Source: an uncultured Methanosarcinales archaeon
GTDB taxonomy: Archaea > Nanobdellota > Nanobdellia > Woesearchaeales > SM23-78
Direction of reading: 5' to 3'
DNA length: 64,000 nucleotides
Assembly (NCBI GenBank): GCA_964354085.1
Contig: CAYGYA010000017.1
Coordinates: forward strand, 961 to 64,960
Below are positions 9,401-17,256 of the stretch, piece by piece (within the stretch, counting starts at the first letter, position 1; each line of letters begins with the position of its first letter). The notes under the pieces were generated by a model. That model saw only the letters and a list, made by a program, of their open reading frames with translations. It was not told the origin of the DNA and did not search any database. A program made the translations under genes and the position numbers.

Positions 9401-10283
9401 TAGTCCAGTTGCCCTCTCTTGCAGTCATATTATAGAAGCCAGTTATATTATTGCTATAATTCACAGCATCAGCAACTTGTACTATCACTGATCCTAATGG
9501 GTTGCCAGAGGTATCAGTAACATTACCATATACATAACCAGCCCAGGGTGCTGAGCCTTCTCCTGCTGGGCAATTATCTGTCGGATCAGCCCAGACATAA
9601 TAATCCTGCCATGTGCTGTAATGGATAGGTAGGATTATTTGATAGTTTAGACGCGAGCCTTGGAATCCATTAATAGGAGTATCAAGTATTTTTGTCACAA
9701 TTACGATATTGCTATTATTATCTTTCAATATGCCTGTGACAAATGCTGTTGAATTGATATTGTTCCATGAGTACGTATACATGGCAGGAGCAGTAATGGT
9801 TTGCTCACCTACATTGAAGGTCGCACTTTGTGTGAATGTGTTAGCTGCTGAAGAGAAATCTGAGCTGCTAATGTTCAGGTATGCATCAATTTCTGCTGTT
9901 GTTGCTGCCCTGAGAGAATTGAAAAGTATTTGGTCTTCTGGCGTCATGCTTGCATATATTTCATGCTCCTTATTCGGCTCAAAGCATTCGAATAGCAGGT
10001 GCTTCTCATTATCAACTTGCGTGAGAGTAACATTCCCTGTCAGGTTAAAGTACCATTCAGTAGTCCAGCCAACCCCCCATGCTGTTCCATAAAGAGCAGA
10101 CCAATGAGTAACGTCATAAACTATTGCTAAGTCTATTTCGCTGACTGTTCCTCCTTCTGTTTCAAGATAAGCTGCATAGCCCAGGAACTGGCTAACAATA
10201 ACCAAGCCTTTTACAGCCAGTATTAGCATTATGATTATCAGAATCCTAAATGTAATCTCCTTTTGTTTTGTTCTTACAACCAT
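6492..10283 (-). CDS. Bitopic membrane protein: ~600-aa extracellular Ig/CarboxypepD_reg-like domain, TM, cytoplasmic HerA/FtsK-superfamily (DUF87-like) P-loop ATPase, coiled coil, duplicated C-terminal helical domain
   Basis: TM1 is FRILIIIMLILAVKGLVIV. TM2 is WHVLLFLILVALGLLAYW. Walker A is DAGSTGGGKT (nt 8238-8261). Walker B is VLFVYDEVH (nt 7861-7890). A HerA-like EFRKWGLGMLLISQ motif is present. The extracellular part contains GNVTDTSGNPLGSVIVQV...GYETY (carboxypeptidase-regulatory-like fold). Confidence 0.75.
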   Translation of the reverse strand: MVVRTKQKEITFRILIIIMLILAVKGLVIVSQFLGYAAYLETEGGTVSEIDLAIVYDVTHWSALYGTAWGVGWTTEWYFNLTGNVTLTQVDNEKHLLFECFEPNKEHEIYASMTPEDQILFNSLRAATTAEIDAYLNISSSDFSSAANTFTQSATFNVGEQTITAPAMYTYSWNNINSTAFVTGILKDNNSNIVIVTKILDTPINGFQGSRLNYQIILPIHYSTWQDYYVWADPTDNCPAGEGSAPWAGYVYGNVTDTSGNPLGSVIVQVADAVNYSNNITGFYNMTAREGNWTIYAMKTGYETYISNVNITRGNGTMHNIVMVAKQPINPPNPGIGPGYDEPGNTFDTGVDAKGTKTKTAEYDMPPVIQRPQKIEGTDYVVSISEINRKLRLGNFLQEKITLFSFKEKPATVYFTIEGNVSNLIKMDKISMVLMPHGSDYMTITIFGVGDVGVYNGTLLMSGDINASIPITIEILSKEKLPVQALLIDLELNKKIAYPGDTLKFKTDLRNLLTDLQYPVQLYYTIQDVEGKETLWDYETNVFLKTSFSMLKNAIIPRDAKPGDYILRVTANYLGLSAGTSTMFKISTPWYLILLVGPIRVWHVLLFLILVALGLLAYWQIKKRIESKKKFHLKVELNELPKPGPRSIFVGKIAETDHKTYFNLEAFMTHTIDAGSTGGGKTVSAQAIVEEMLLKGVAVIVFDPTAQWTGMLRKCTDKTMFALYPFFGMKPTDARAFSGNIRQISNPREIIDIKKYVKPGEIQIFACHKLEPKEMDMFVSNSIREIFRANFGESRTLKVLFVYDEVHRLLPKFGGSGEGFLQIERGCREFRKWGLGMLLISQVLSDFVGTIKANINTEIQMRTRDEGDLERIRVKYGEEVLRSLVKATVGSGMVENPHYNRGKPYFIAFRPLLHSVQRLTDEEIEKYNEYNDKIDQLQFELEQLEKEGLDVFDLKLELKLATDKVKTGNFNMVQIYLDGLTPRIEKNWAKLGKKPEKLEKKLVSEEELQEAITKAKKAREQFEAEMKKESAKSEEGEKKEVSGAALFRKDVSPEKILKLVNGMLVINMASLFDEISAMKDEDFEKHVSGAKNDFSDWVQNAVEDKELADHLKLARTKPEMLDLLALRRDNKPLPKLNIDSVKKLNEAKAFEEMAKPPEIVESEKKKSEHDLEKKVNKEEKETNGIEATITYTFKLDNGEEIKTIGELKKIISQMDEITFKHYVGEDYNKFADWVKKGLHNDELAEKISNIHDKNNLLQALESG

Positions 10284-10322
10284 TTGTTTTTCATCTCATC
10301 AATAATATTCTCTTATATTTCA

Positions 10323-13300
10323 TTAAATCAAATTCTTTGTATTCTCAATTGCGATTTGTATCTTGTTGCCAAGGGCTACGAGGGTCGGATGAATCAGTTC
10401 CTTGGTATCATCATCAAGCTGAGTGTATGCTGCTTCAATCCTCTTGTATTCTTCAAGAGAAGCAGACAGCTGGCCGTTGTTAAGCAAACCCTGGATATTA
10501 TTCACCATTACTTTCAGCTCAGCAATATTGCCCTGGGCTTGCATTGCATCGCAATATTCCTTCACCCTCACTGCTGTTTGGGAAATATTTTCATATACAT
10601 CATTCTTTGCAAGAGTTGATAGCTCGCTGTAAGCATCTTTTGCTTCATTATAAAGATCAATGGCTTTCTCATGATCGCCTCCGTCAAGATTGTCATTAAT
10701 CTCATTGAGTATGACGCTGATATAGTGAAGGCTTTTCTTGCCATAAATTCTGTAAGCAAGATACCTGGCTGTGTTGATGCCGTCGTATTTAATTCCTGCA
10801 AACACCAAGCCGCCTAGCAGTATTATTATTACTGGTATGAACATTATTCCTTTGCCTGATGGCATTTTCAGGCCCTTAATTGAGAAGCCAGTTATTTTCT
10901 GTTTAGCCTCAATTGACGCCGGGTCTACAAGCACCACAGTTTTTATTTTCTTCAGCAGTTCCAAGTCTTGATTAGCTTCAAAATAATAAGTTATGGTGGT
11001 GTCGCCTTGTAAGCCAAACTTGATGATTGGGTCTTGCATCACCACTTCATATTTCTGTGAGCTCATGATGTTATCTGCTTTCTCAGCAACATCTTTCGGT
11101 ATTATTTCCATGATGAATGCGCCTTCTGTGATGTTATAGGTTTTTATCTCCCTAAGAATAATGCTTGCATCGCTTTGAGTCCCATCTCTGTAAGTAACCC
11201 TGGCAGTTTTTACCTTGCTGGAGATTAGGACTTCTTGCTGCAAATCATTAATGAATTTCAGGAGCTCTTTCTTGCTAATGCTTAGCGAAACATTGTTTAT
11301 CTCAAGGTACTGGTCGAGCAACGCCTCTATCTCATCTGGTTTTATATAGTCAACAAATGCATCTTTGTTAAGCAGCTCAATACTTATAGGTGTTTTTTGA
11401 TAGGCTTGTTCTGCGTTCAGCACCATTTGTTCCCCTTCTGCCTGCTTATCAGCATCTGTTAGGTCTGTCCTGAAATTAAGAGCATCAAGATCTCTTATGG
11501 TGTTCTTGAAAACAGATATGCTTTCATCTATAATGCTTGAAATCCCAAGAGCTTCTGCCGCTTCTTTCTCATCTTTTGGCAGGGCATTAATGTTATCAAG
11601 GATTTGCTGGAATTCCTTAACCCAGTCGTCATATGTCTTGAAATTCCCGCTACTTGCCTGTGGCTCAGTTGTCTGGGGGGTTGGTAATGCAGCAAGGCTT
11701 CCTACATTGAACACCCAGCTAGTACTCATTCCACTTTTTCCAATCTTATCAACGCATTCAACTTTCCACCAGTAGCTTTTGTTCTCAAGCTCTATAACCC
11801 CGAATGCATGCTCAGCACTGTCACTTACCTCTATACTTCCTAGGTAGGCAAAGAAGCCATCATTTTTCTCATTGATATAGAAGCTGCAGTTAAGTGTCCT
11901 GTTGTATTCTGCTTTGAAAGCCAGCTCTGTTGTTGTGCCTGTTATTCCTGAATTATTTCCTGGCCTTATGAGAGTGATTATTGGCTCCTGGTTAATTACT
12001 GGCTCAAGGAACAGAGTAATGGTTTCGTCTTTTGTAATGTCTAAATCACTGTGGTACATTGTATAATTTTCTTTTAGGACGAATATTCCCTTTTGCCCTG
12101 GTGTTAGGTAATATCCTATTTCTCCATTTGCATCTGTTTCTTTTTCTTCATCATCAATATCAACAGTTGCTCGTGAAATAACTCCTTTTGTTACTGAGTT
12201 TTTTACAACTATTTTTACATAATAAGTATTGTCAACAGTTATGGTTATGCTGCTGTTCTTGGTGTTGTTATAAGCATCTTTAACTGAGACTGTATTGACA
12301 TAGTTCCCTGCTGTCGTATATGTTATGTTGGTTTTTTTGCCATTCTTTACTGAGCCATCGCTTAGATGCCAGGTGTAATTAAGAGTGCCAACTCCTCCTT
12401 TTGCATCTGCTTTAAGAATGACTGGAACATTCCTTCTCTGGTCATCATCAGTATCAATATCTATCTTGATATTGTTTTTTATTTCATAATTCAGTGCTTT
12501 TGCTTCTGTGAAGCCGCTGTAGTTGAAGAAAGCCTCAAGCAGATATTTGCCCTCGTAATTAGTGAACATAAGATATTCCTGGAATGGATAATTCATTACG
12601 TTCTGGGCATTGACAGGAACTTTGCATTCTACAAATCCTGGCTTGTCAGGGCAGACTTCTACCCTTATGCTTGTTCCCTGCGGAGCACTTATGGTCATCA
12701 GGATGTTATCTCCAATATTGTATTCTATTCCCGGGATGGTTATGTTAAATGTTGGCTGTGCTGGCAGCGCTTCAATCCTGAATGTCCTTGTTTCGCTTGT
12801 CTCTGAGTTATTGACATAATCATAGCAGGTTATTCCCCAAGTGTAATTTCCTGTTTCTAATGTGCTTAGCGTGGTTGTTGCAGGCTCGCTGTTTTTGGCT
12901 GTGATGCTTTTGTTCACGTTGTTGTTCAGTGTGATGTCGCAGCTGATGTTCTCTGCAATGTTGTCAAGCACAACAAAGTTGATATCTACACTAGATGCAT
13001 TTATCTGAGTCTTATTAATAGGGAAGAAGAGCACTATGGTTGGCTTTAAACTGTCAATTATGATGGTTCTTTCTTCGCTGCTCTCAGAATTGTTGTTATA
13101 ATAGCATTCAATTCTCCAGCTGTGGTTTCCTGTTGTTAGGTTTTCTGTGAATGCATTGAATCCCGGGTTGGTTATGTTGGTGTTTGTTGCTTTTGTCTCT
13201 GAGTCTATGATGAGCTTGCAATTAGTAACAGTTAGGTTGTCAAGGCCGACATAGTAATCAAAGGTTACGATTTTGTTTGAGTAGGTGTTGTTTGCTGGGG

Positions 13301-13409
13301 TCACAAGGTCAATTGTTGCTGAGGCTAATGATGTACAGAATAGCGCAAAGAGTGCTGCAACTAGCAACAAGCTAATTCTCTTTTTTGCTATTTTGTTTTG
13401 CTCACTCAT
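10323..13409 (-). CDS. Large type-I membrane surface protein with Ig-like modules, PKD domain, CarboxypepD_reg-like domain, C-terminal TM and helical cytoplasmic tail
   Basis: Signal peptide RISLLLVAALFALFCTSLASA. Three modules end in G(N/H)(Y/S)WxIxC. PKD-like GTLNYTWHLSDGSVKNGKKTNITYTTAGNYVNTVSVKDAYNN. TM is IMFIPVIIILLGGLVFAGI, followed by a ~150-aa helical tail. The ATG at 13409 overlaps the upstream stop (ATGAGTGA). Confidence 0.8.
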   Translation of the reverse strand: MSEQNKIAKKRISLLLVAALFALFCTSLASATIDLVTPANNTYSNKIVTFDYYVGLDNLTVTNCKLIIDSETKATNTNITNPGFNAFTENLTTGNHSWRIECYYNNNSESSEERTIIIDSLKPTIVLFFPINKTQINASSVDINFVVLDNIAENISCDITLNNNVNKSITAKNSEPATTTLSTLETGNYTWGITCYDYVNNSETSETRTFRIEALPAQPTFNITIPGIEYNIGDNILMTISAPQGTSIRVEVCPDKPGFVECKVPVNAQNVMNYPFQEYLMFTNYEGKYLLEAFFNYSGFTEAKALNYEIKNNIKIDIDTDDDQRRNVPVILKADAKGGVGTLNYTWHLSDGSVKNGKKTNITYTTAGNYVNTVSVKDAYNNTKNSSITITVDNTYYVKIVVKNSVTKGVISRATVDIDDEEKETDANGEIGYYLTPGQKGIFVLKENYTMYHSDLDITKDETITLFLEPVINQEPIITLIRPGNNSGITGTTTELAFKAEYNRTLNCSFYINEKNDGFFAYLGSIEVSDSAEHAFGVIELENKSYWWKVECVDKIGKSGMSTSWVFNVGSLAALPTPQTTEPQASSGNFKTYDDWVKEFQQILDNINALPKDEKEAAEALGISSIIDESISVFKNTIRDLDALNFRTDLTDADKQAEGEQMVLNAEQAYQKTPISIELLNKDAFVDYIKPDEIEALLDQYLEINNVSLSISKKELLKFINDLQQEVLISSKVKTARVTYRDGTQSDASIILREIKTYNITEGAFIMEIIPKDVAEKADNIMSSQKYEVVMQDPIIKFGLQGDTTITYYFEANQDLELLKKIKTVVLVDPASIEAKQKITGFSIKGLKMPSGKGIMFIPVIIILLGGLVFAGIKYDGINTARYLAYRIYGKKSLHYISVILNEINDNLDGGDHEKAIDLYNEAKDAYSELSTLAKNDVYENISQTAVRVKEYCDAMQAQGNIAELKVMVNNIQGLLNNGQLSASLEEYKRIEAAYTQLDDDTKELIHPTLVALGNKIQIAIENTKNLI

Positions 13410-13677
13410 GCTCTAGTTCCTCAATCATTCTTTTCAGCCGCCTAACCATCTCTTCTTTTATCATATTCTCTGTCTTGAAATCAGTTTTTTTCTCTGCAGG
13501 CTTTTCTTCTTCAAGAGGCTTTATCTCTCCCAGCCTTATCTTGTATTTTCTTACCTGACTCTTGATTACGCTTCTTACTTCCTCGCTTATGTCTAAGAAA
13601 TGGTTATTTTTTGCCAGATCTCTTAGGGTCTGAACCAGGGAGGATGGCATCCTCACACTTACGATAGAAGTTACCAT
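13402..13677 (-). CDS. Ribbon-helix-helix (CopG/Arc-like) DNA-binding protein with K/E-rich tail
   Basis: N-terminal beta-strand plus two helices: IVSVRMPSSLVQTLRDLAKNNHFLDISEEVRSVIKSQV. The start overlaps the upstream stop (ATGGTAA at 13671-13677). Confidence 0.7.
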   Translation of the reverse strand: MVTSIVSVRMPSSLVQTLRDLAKNNHFLDISEEVRSVIKSQVRKYKIRLGEIKPLEEEKPAEKKTDFKTENMIKEEMVRRLKRMIEELEHE

Positions 13678-13877
13678 CCTTCACCCCCTTGCCCAGATTT
13701 TTTTTCCTCATGCAGTTGGCTCTGCACATATTCTCTGGCGAATTCTCGTATAGCTTCTGAGCGCGATTTGAAAACTTTCTTTTTTACCAATTGGTCTAGT
13801 TCTAGAATTAGCTCGTCAGGCAATCTGATGTTGAGTATTTCTGTCTTCTTTGTCAACCTTCTACCCCTGTATGACAA
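13671..13877 (-). CDS. Ribbon-helix-helix (CopG family) DNA-binding protein
   Basis: ILNIRLPDELILELDQLVKKKVFKSRSEAIREFAREYV is a textbook RHH pattern. TTG start at 13877; the exact start is uncertain. Confidence 0.7.
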   Translation of the reverse strand: MSYRGRRLTKKTEILNIRLPDELILELDQLVKKKVFKSRSEAIREFAREYVQSQLHEEKKSGQGGEGW

Positions 13878-13928
13878 ATGTATGTCATATGTATGCTTTT
13901 TGTCAGTTTTCTGTATGCCTGAGTTCTC

Positions 13929-13964
13929 TATACTATGCGAATAGTATACGTAATCGTATAGTAT
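13929..13964. promoter_or_regulatory. Inverted/direct repeat set upstream of the RHH operon (candidate RHH operator)
   Basis: TATACTAT-gcga-ATAGTATA at 13929-13948, plus a third half-site TATAGTAT at 13957-13964. A further inverted repeat ATGACA-aatgta-TGTCAT at 13871-13888 spans the predicted start codon. Confidence 0.4.
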
Positions 13965-14071
13965 TCCCTATGTATTACACTAACTTATATATAAATATTT
14001 TGATTTAGAAGACATATCTTCACTTGGCAATAGAAACCTTTAAATGCCATGAGATAGTTCTTTTTTTTTAG

Positions 14072-14518
14072 GTGATGACTATGGCTGATGCAAAATTCAA
14101 TATATTCTCCAAAGGCTTAGTAAGCTGTTTAGTGGAAACCGCAGGCAAGATACCCAGGTATGCAAGAGGAGAAATACCAGCATATGAAGAGCTGGAAGTC
14201 ATGGCTCAAAATTCTACAATGCCTGTATACCTTGATTTGACAACGCGCCAGCAACAGGATTATGAACTTCTTAGGAGAAACTTTAAGGAATTATTGAAAC
14301 AATACGGCGGGAATAATAAAAAACCAAGTCCAGAGTTGACTCCTGCTGAACACTTAATCTTGCTCCATGCAAGAAGAGCTTCTGGTCATAAAGAAAAACC
14401 AGAGCCTCAATTATCTGAAAGAGAGGGTAGAATCTATGATACACTGAGCTTTTGGCTGAATGAATACGCAAGGAATGCTGCTCTGAGGGCAACAAGAAGA
14501 AAAAAACCTGATTTCTAA
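14072..14518 (+). CDS. Hypothetical protein (148 aa)
   Basis: ORF with GTG/ATG starts at 14072-14083. No motif recognised. Basic C-terminus. Confidence 0.4.
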   Translation: MMTMADAKFNIFSKGLVSCLVETAGKIPRYARGEIPAYEELEVMAQNSTMPVYLDLTTRQQQDYELLRRNFKELLKQYGGNNKKPSPELTPAEHLILLHARRASGHKEKPEPQLSEREGRIYDTLSFWLNEYARNAALRATRRKKPDF

Positions 14519-14568
14519 GCATTGTCTTATCGCAAAATATTAAAAGCCCAGCCTAGTCTAGAATAACC

Positions 14569-15066
14569 ATGGCAGAAGAAAAAGATAAAGACAAAGAAAA
14601 GGAAAAAGATATGACAAAAGAATACGAGGCTCTGAAGAAGAAATATTACTTGCCAGAGCTTAAGGAACTGGACAAGGAGTTCTGTATTGGAAAGCTAGAG
14701 GACACGCAGTTCATCCTAAGAACAATTCTTGGCAAGATAATGGATAGGGTAGAGCTGGTCTTTAAGGCCTTGAGTGATATTGTCCAGCCTGCAGAGAACA
14801 ACCTAGCAACCATGTATGAGGCGGAAGTGTTTTCTGATGATGAAAAAAAGCATATCTTTGACCTGATGAAAAAATTAGCTTATACTCACAGGGACTTGAT
14901 AATCAAGGATTATGAGTACAGCGATGATACTGCAGCAGTTATCATACTCAAGGCTTTCAAGGAATGGAAAGAAATGAAAAAGGATGTTCTTGGGATTATG
15001 GAGAAGCTAAGGGATTCTTGGAAGAATAATAATGAGTCCAAGGCAACTGAAGGATATTTTGGGTGA
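14569..15066 (+). CDS. Hypothetical acidic helical protein (165 aa)
   Basis: ATG start, K/D/E-rich N-terminus. No motif recognised. Directly precedes adk. Confidence 0.45.
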   Translation: MAEEKDKDKEKEKDMTKEYEALKKKYYLPELKELDKEFCIGKLEDTQFILRTILGKIMDRVELVFKALSDIVQPAENNLATMYEAEVFSDDEKKHIFDLMKKLAYTHRDLIIKDYEYSDDTAAVIILKAFKEWKEMKKDVLGIMEKLRDSWKNNNESKATEGYFG

Positions 15067-15070
15067 TAAG

Positions 15071-15703
15071 GTGCAGCGCAACTATATTCTCATAGGCCCT
15101 CAAGGCTCTGGAAAAGGAACCCAGGCAAAACTGATTGCTGAAAAATATAAAATTCCTCACATTTCTACAGGAGATATTTTCAGGGAGATGAAGTATGAAC
15201 AAACAGCGCTAAGCAAAAAAGTCAGAGAGCTCATGGATAAAGGAAACCTTATCCCTGATGGCATAACCAATCAGATTGTTGCGCAGAGAATTATAAAATC
15301 TGACTGTAAAAATGGCTTTGTGCTCGATGGCTACCCTAGGAATATTGTCCAGGCAGAATTTCTTGAGCAAAAAAAACCAGTTAGCAAGTGCATATACATA
15401 GAGATCAGTGACTCAGAAGCCATCAAAAGAATATCTGCCAGGCTTATATGCTCAACTTGCAAATCAGATTATAATACTATATACATTAAGCCTAAAAAAG
15501 CATGGGTTTGTGACAAGTGCAACGGAGCGCTGATACAGAGAGAAGATGACAAGCCAGAGTTTGTGAAGAAAAGGCTTGCAACTTTTCACAAGGAAAACAA
15601 GCCGTTGCTTGATTATTACGAGAAACGAGAAGTTCTTCTAAGAGTTGATGGCTCGCAAGCGATTGAGAAAGTATTTGAGGATATTGTTGCAGTGCTTAAA
15701 TAA
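15071..15703 (+). CDS. adk: Adenylate kinase, bacterial long type with Zn-lid
   Basis: P-loop ILIGPQGSGKGTQA. AMP-binding ISTGDIFRE. Lid cysteines CSTC...CDKC. The track ORF starts at 15032, but the GTG at 15071 gives the usual short N-terminus and removes the overlap with the upstream gene. Confidence 0.9.
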   Translation: MQRNYILIGPQGSGKGTQAKLIAEKYKIPHISTGDIFREMKYEQTALSKKVRELMDKGNLIPDGITNQIVAQRIIKSDCKNGFVLDGYPRNIVQAEFLEQKKPVSKCIYIEISDSEAIKRISARLICSTCKSDYNTIYIKPKKAWVCDKCNGALIQREDDKPEFVKKRLATFHKENKPLLDYYEKREVLLRVDGSQAIEKVFEDIVAVLK

Positions 15704-15713
15704 AATTAATGCA

Positions 15714-16862
15714 TCAAAGTGGGCTTATAAGTCTCAGCTTCTTGATTATCGGCGGCAGGGTTTCAAGCAGGTATTTTATTTCTTCTTCTGTTGTGAACCT
15801 GCTGATGGAAAGTCTCAGGCTTCCGTTTGCTTCTGCTTTGCTTAATCCTATTGCCTGTAGAACATGGCTTGGTTCTAGGCTGTGACTTGAGCATGCTGAG
15901 CCTGTTGATGAGCTTATTCCTTTCAAATCAAGGTAGCCTCCTATTGCTTCTCCTTCTATCCTGCTGAATATGAAATTGATGTTGTTGCACAATCTTTTAT
16001 CTCCGCGTGGACCATCAAGTTTTGATTCGGGGATATTTTTTTCAATGCCTTCAATTATCATGTCTCTTAGCATTGTCATGTGCTTGATGTGCTTGCCACT
16101 GTCTGCTTGCCTGAATGCTTCTGCAAACCCCACGATGCCTGGGATGTTTTCTGTGCCTGAGCGTAGGTTGCGCTCATGTCCTCCTCCGTGCTGCCAGGCT
16201 TTGATATTTGTTCCTCTTCTTATATATAGGGCTCCTACTCCTTTTGGCCCGTGTATCTTGTGAGCATTAAGGGTTAATAGTGAAAGGTTTTGTTTTCTCA
16301 CATCAATCTCTGTCTTGGTGTAGCTCTGGCATGCATCTGAGTGAAAATAAACATTGTGCTTTTTGCACACTTCTCCAAGTGCTTTTAGGTCTTGTATTGT
16401 TCCTATCTCATTATTGCCATGAATTATTGTCACGAGAATTGTTTTTGGAGTTATTGCTTTTTCAAGGTCTTCTGCTCTGACAAATCCTTCCTTGTCAACA
16501 TCAAGATATGTTACTGAGAAGCCTTGAGTTTCAAGCCATTTGCAGGCATTCATTACGCAGTCATGCTCTATCTTGGTTGTGATTATGTGATTGCCTTTGC
16601 TTTTATTGTCAAAGGCTATTGCTTTGAGAGCAAAATTATTTGATTCTGTCCCTCCTGATGTGAAGATTATTTCTTCAGGAGATGCACCTATTGATTTCGC
16701 AATGATTCTTCTTGCATCTTCCATTGCATTCTTTGCTTCTCTCCCCTTGTTATGCGTTGAAGATGCATTGCCGTACTTCACATCAAAGTAAGGCATCATT
16801 TCTTTGAGAACTTTAGGATCAATCTTGGTTGTAGCAGCATTATCCATGTAGATTTCTTTCAT
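15714..16862 (-). CDS. iscS: Cysteine desulfurase (NifS/IscS class V aminotransferase)
   Basis: MDNAATTKIDPKV, TSGGTESNN, HKIHGPKGVGALYIR (PLP lysine) and the catalytic loop SSTGSACSS. The ATG at 16862 overlaps the ArsR stop (ATGA). Confidence 0.9.
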   Translation of the reverse strand: MKEIYMDNAATTKIDPKVLKEMMPYFDVKYGNASSTHNKGREAKNAMEDARRIIAKSIGASPEEIIFTSGGTESNNFALKAIAFDNKSKGNHIITTKIEHDCVMNACKWLETQGFSVTYLDVDKEGFVRAEDLEKAITPKTILVTIIHGNNEIGTIQDLKALGEVCKKHNVYFHSDACQSYTKTEIDVRKQNLSLLTLNAHKIHGPKGVGALYIRRGTNIKAWQHGGGHERNLRSGTENIPGIVGFAEAFRQADSGKHIKHMTMLRDMIIEGIEKNIPESKLDGPRGDKRLCNNINFIFSRIEGEAIGGYLDLKGISSSTGSACSSHSLEPSHVLQAIGLSKAEANGSLRLSISRFTTEEEIKYLLETLPPIIKKLRLISPL

Positions 16863-17155
16863 TTGCGGCACCTCCCTGTGCAGTGCTTCTCAACATGCTT
16901 TTGAACCAGGTCCAGGACTGGCATTATTGTTTCCTTGTTGAGAGAGTAAATCCTTTTCTTACCCTGTTGCTTTACGCTGAGTATTCCGCACTTTGCAAGA
17001 CTAGCTAAGCTATGGGATATTTTACTCTGTTCCTCACCAAGAACTTTCGTGAGCTCCATGACGCTCATTGGCTTGCTCTTCAGGCTCATGACTATATCAA
17101 ACTTGGTCTTATTTGAGAAATTCCTGAAAAAAACCTCGTATGAAGTACAGTTCAT
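16859..17155 (-). CDS. ArsR/SmtB-family winged-helix regulator
   Basis: KFDIVMSLKSKPMSVMELTKVLGEEQSKISHSLASLAKCGILSVKQQGKKRIYSLN is the typical ArsR HTH plus wing. Confidence 0.75.
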   Translation of the reverse strand: MNCTSYEVFFRNFSNKTKFDIVMSLKSKPMSVMELTKVLGEEQSKISHSLASLAKCGILSVKQQGKKRIYSLNKETIMPVLDLVQKHVEKHCTGRCRK

Positions 17156-17226
17156 ATGATTAAGATTTCATTAGTGGTATATAAAGATTGTGATTTTGAA
17201 TCCGAAAGATATTATTTTTAGTTAAA

Positions 17227-17236
17227 TTTATATAAA
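17227..17236 (+). promoter_or_regulatory. TATA-box-like element for the deaminase gene (near-leaderless transcript implied)
   Basis: TTTATATAAA is centred ~25 bp upstream of the ATG at 17257. No SD lies between them. Confidence 0.3.
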
Positions 17237-17256
17237 TAGTTTGGTTTTCATCCATT

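Noticed and set aside
14569-15066. The C-terminal ...EGYFG of the 165-aa protein as a second HbYX proteasome-docking tail, similar to the ...SYYG of Cdc48
   Set aside because: The penultimate residue is Phe rather than Tyr, and nothing else links this protein to proteasome biology. The resemblance is too weak.
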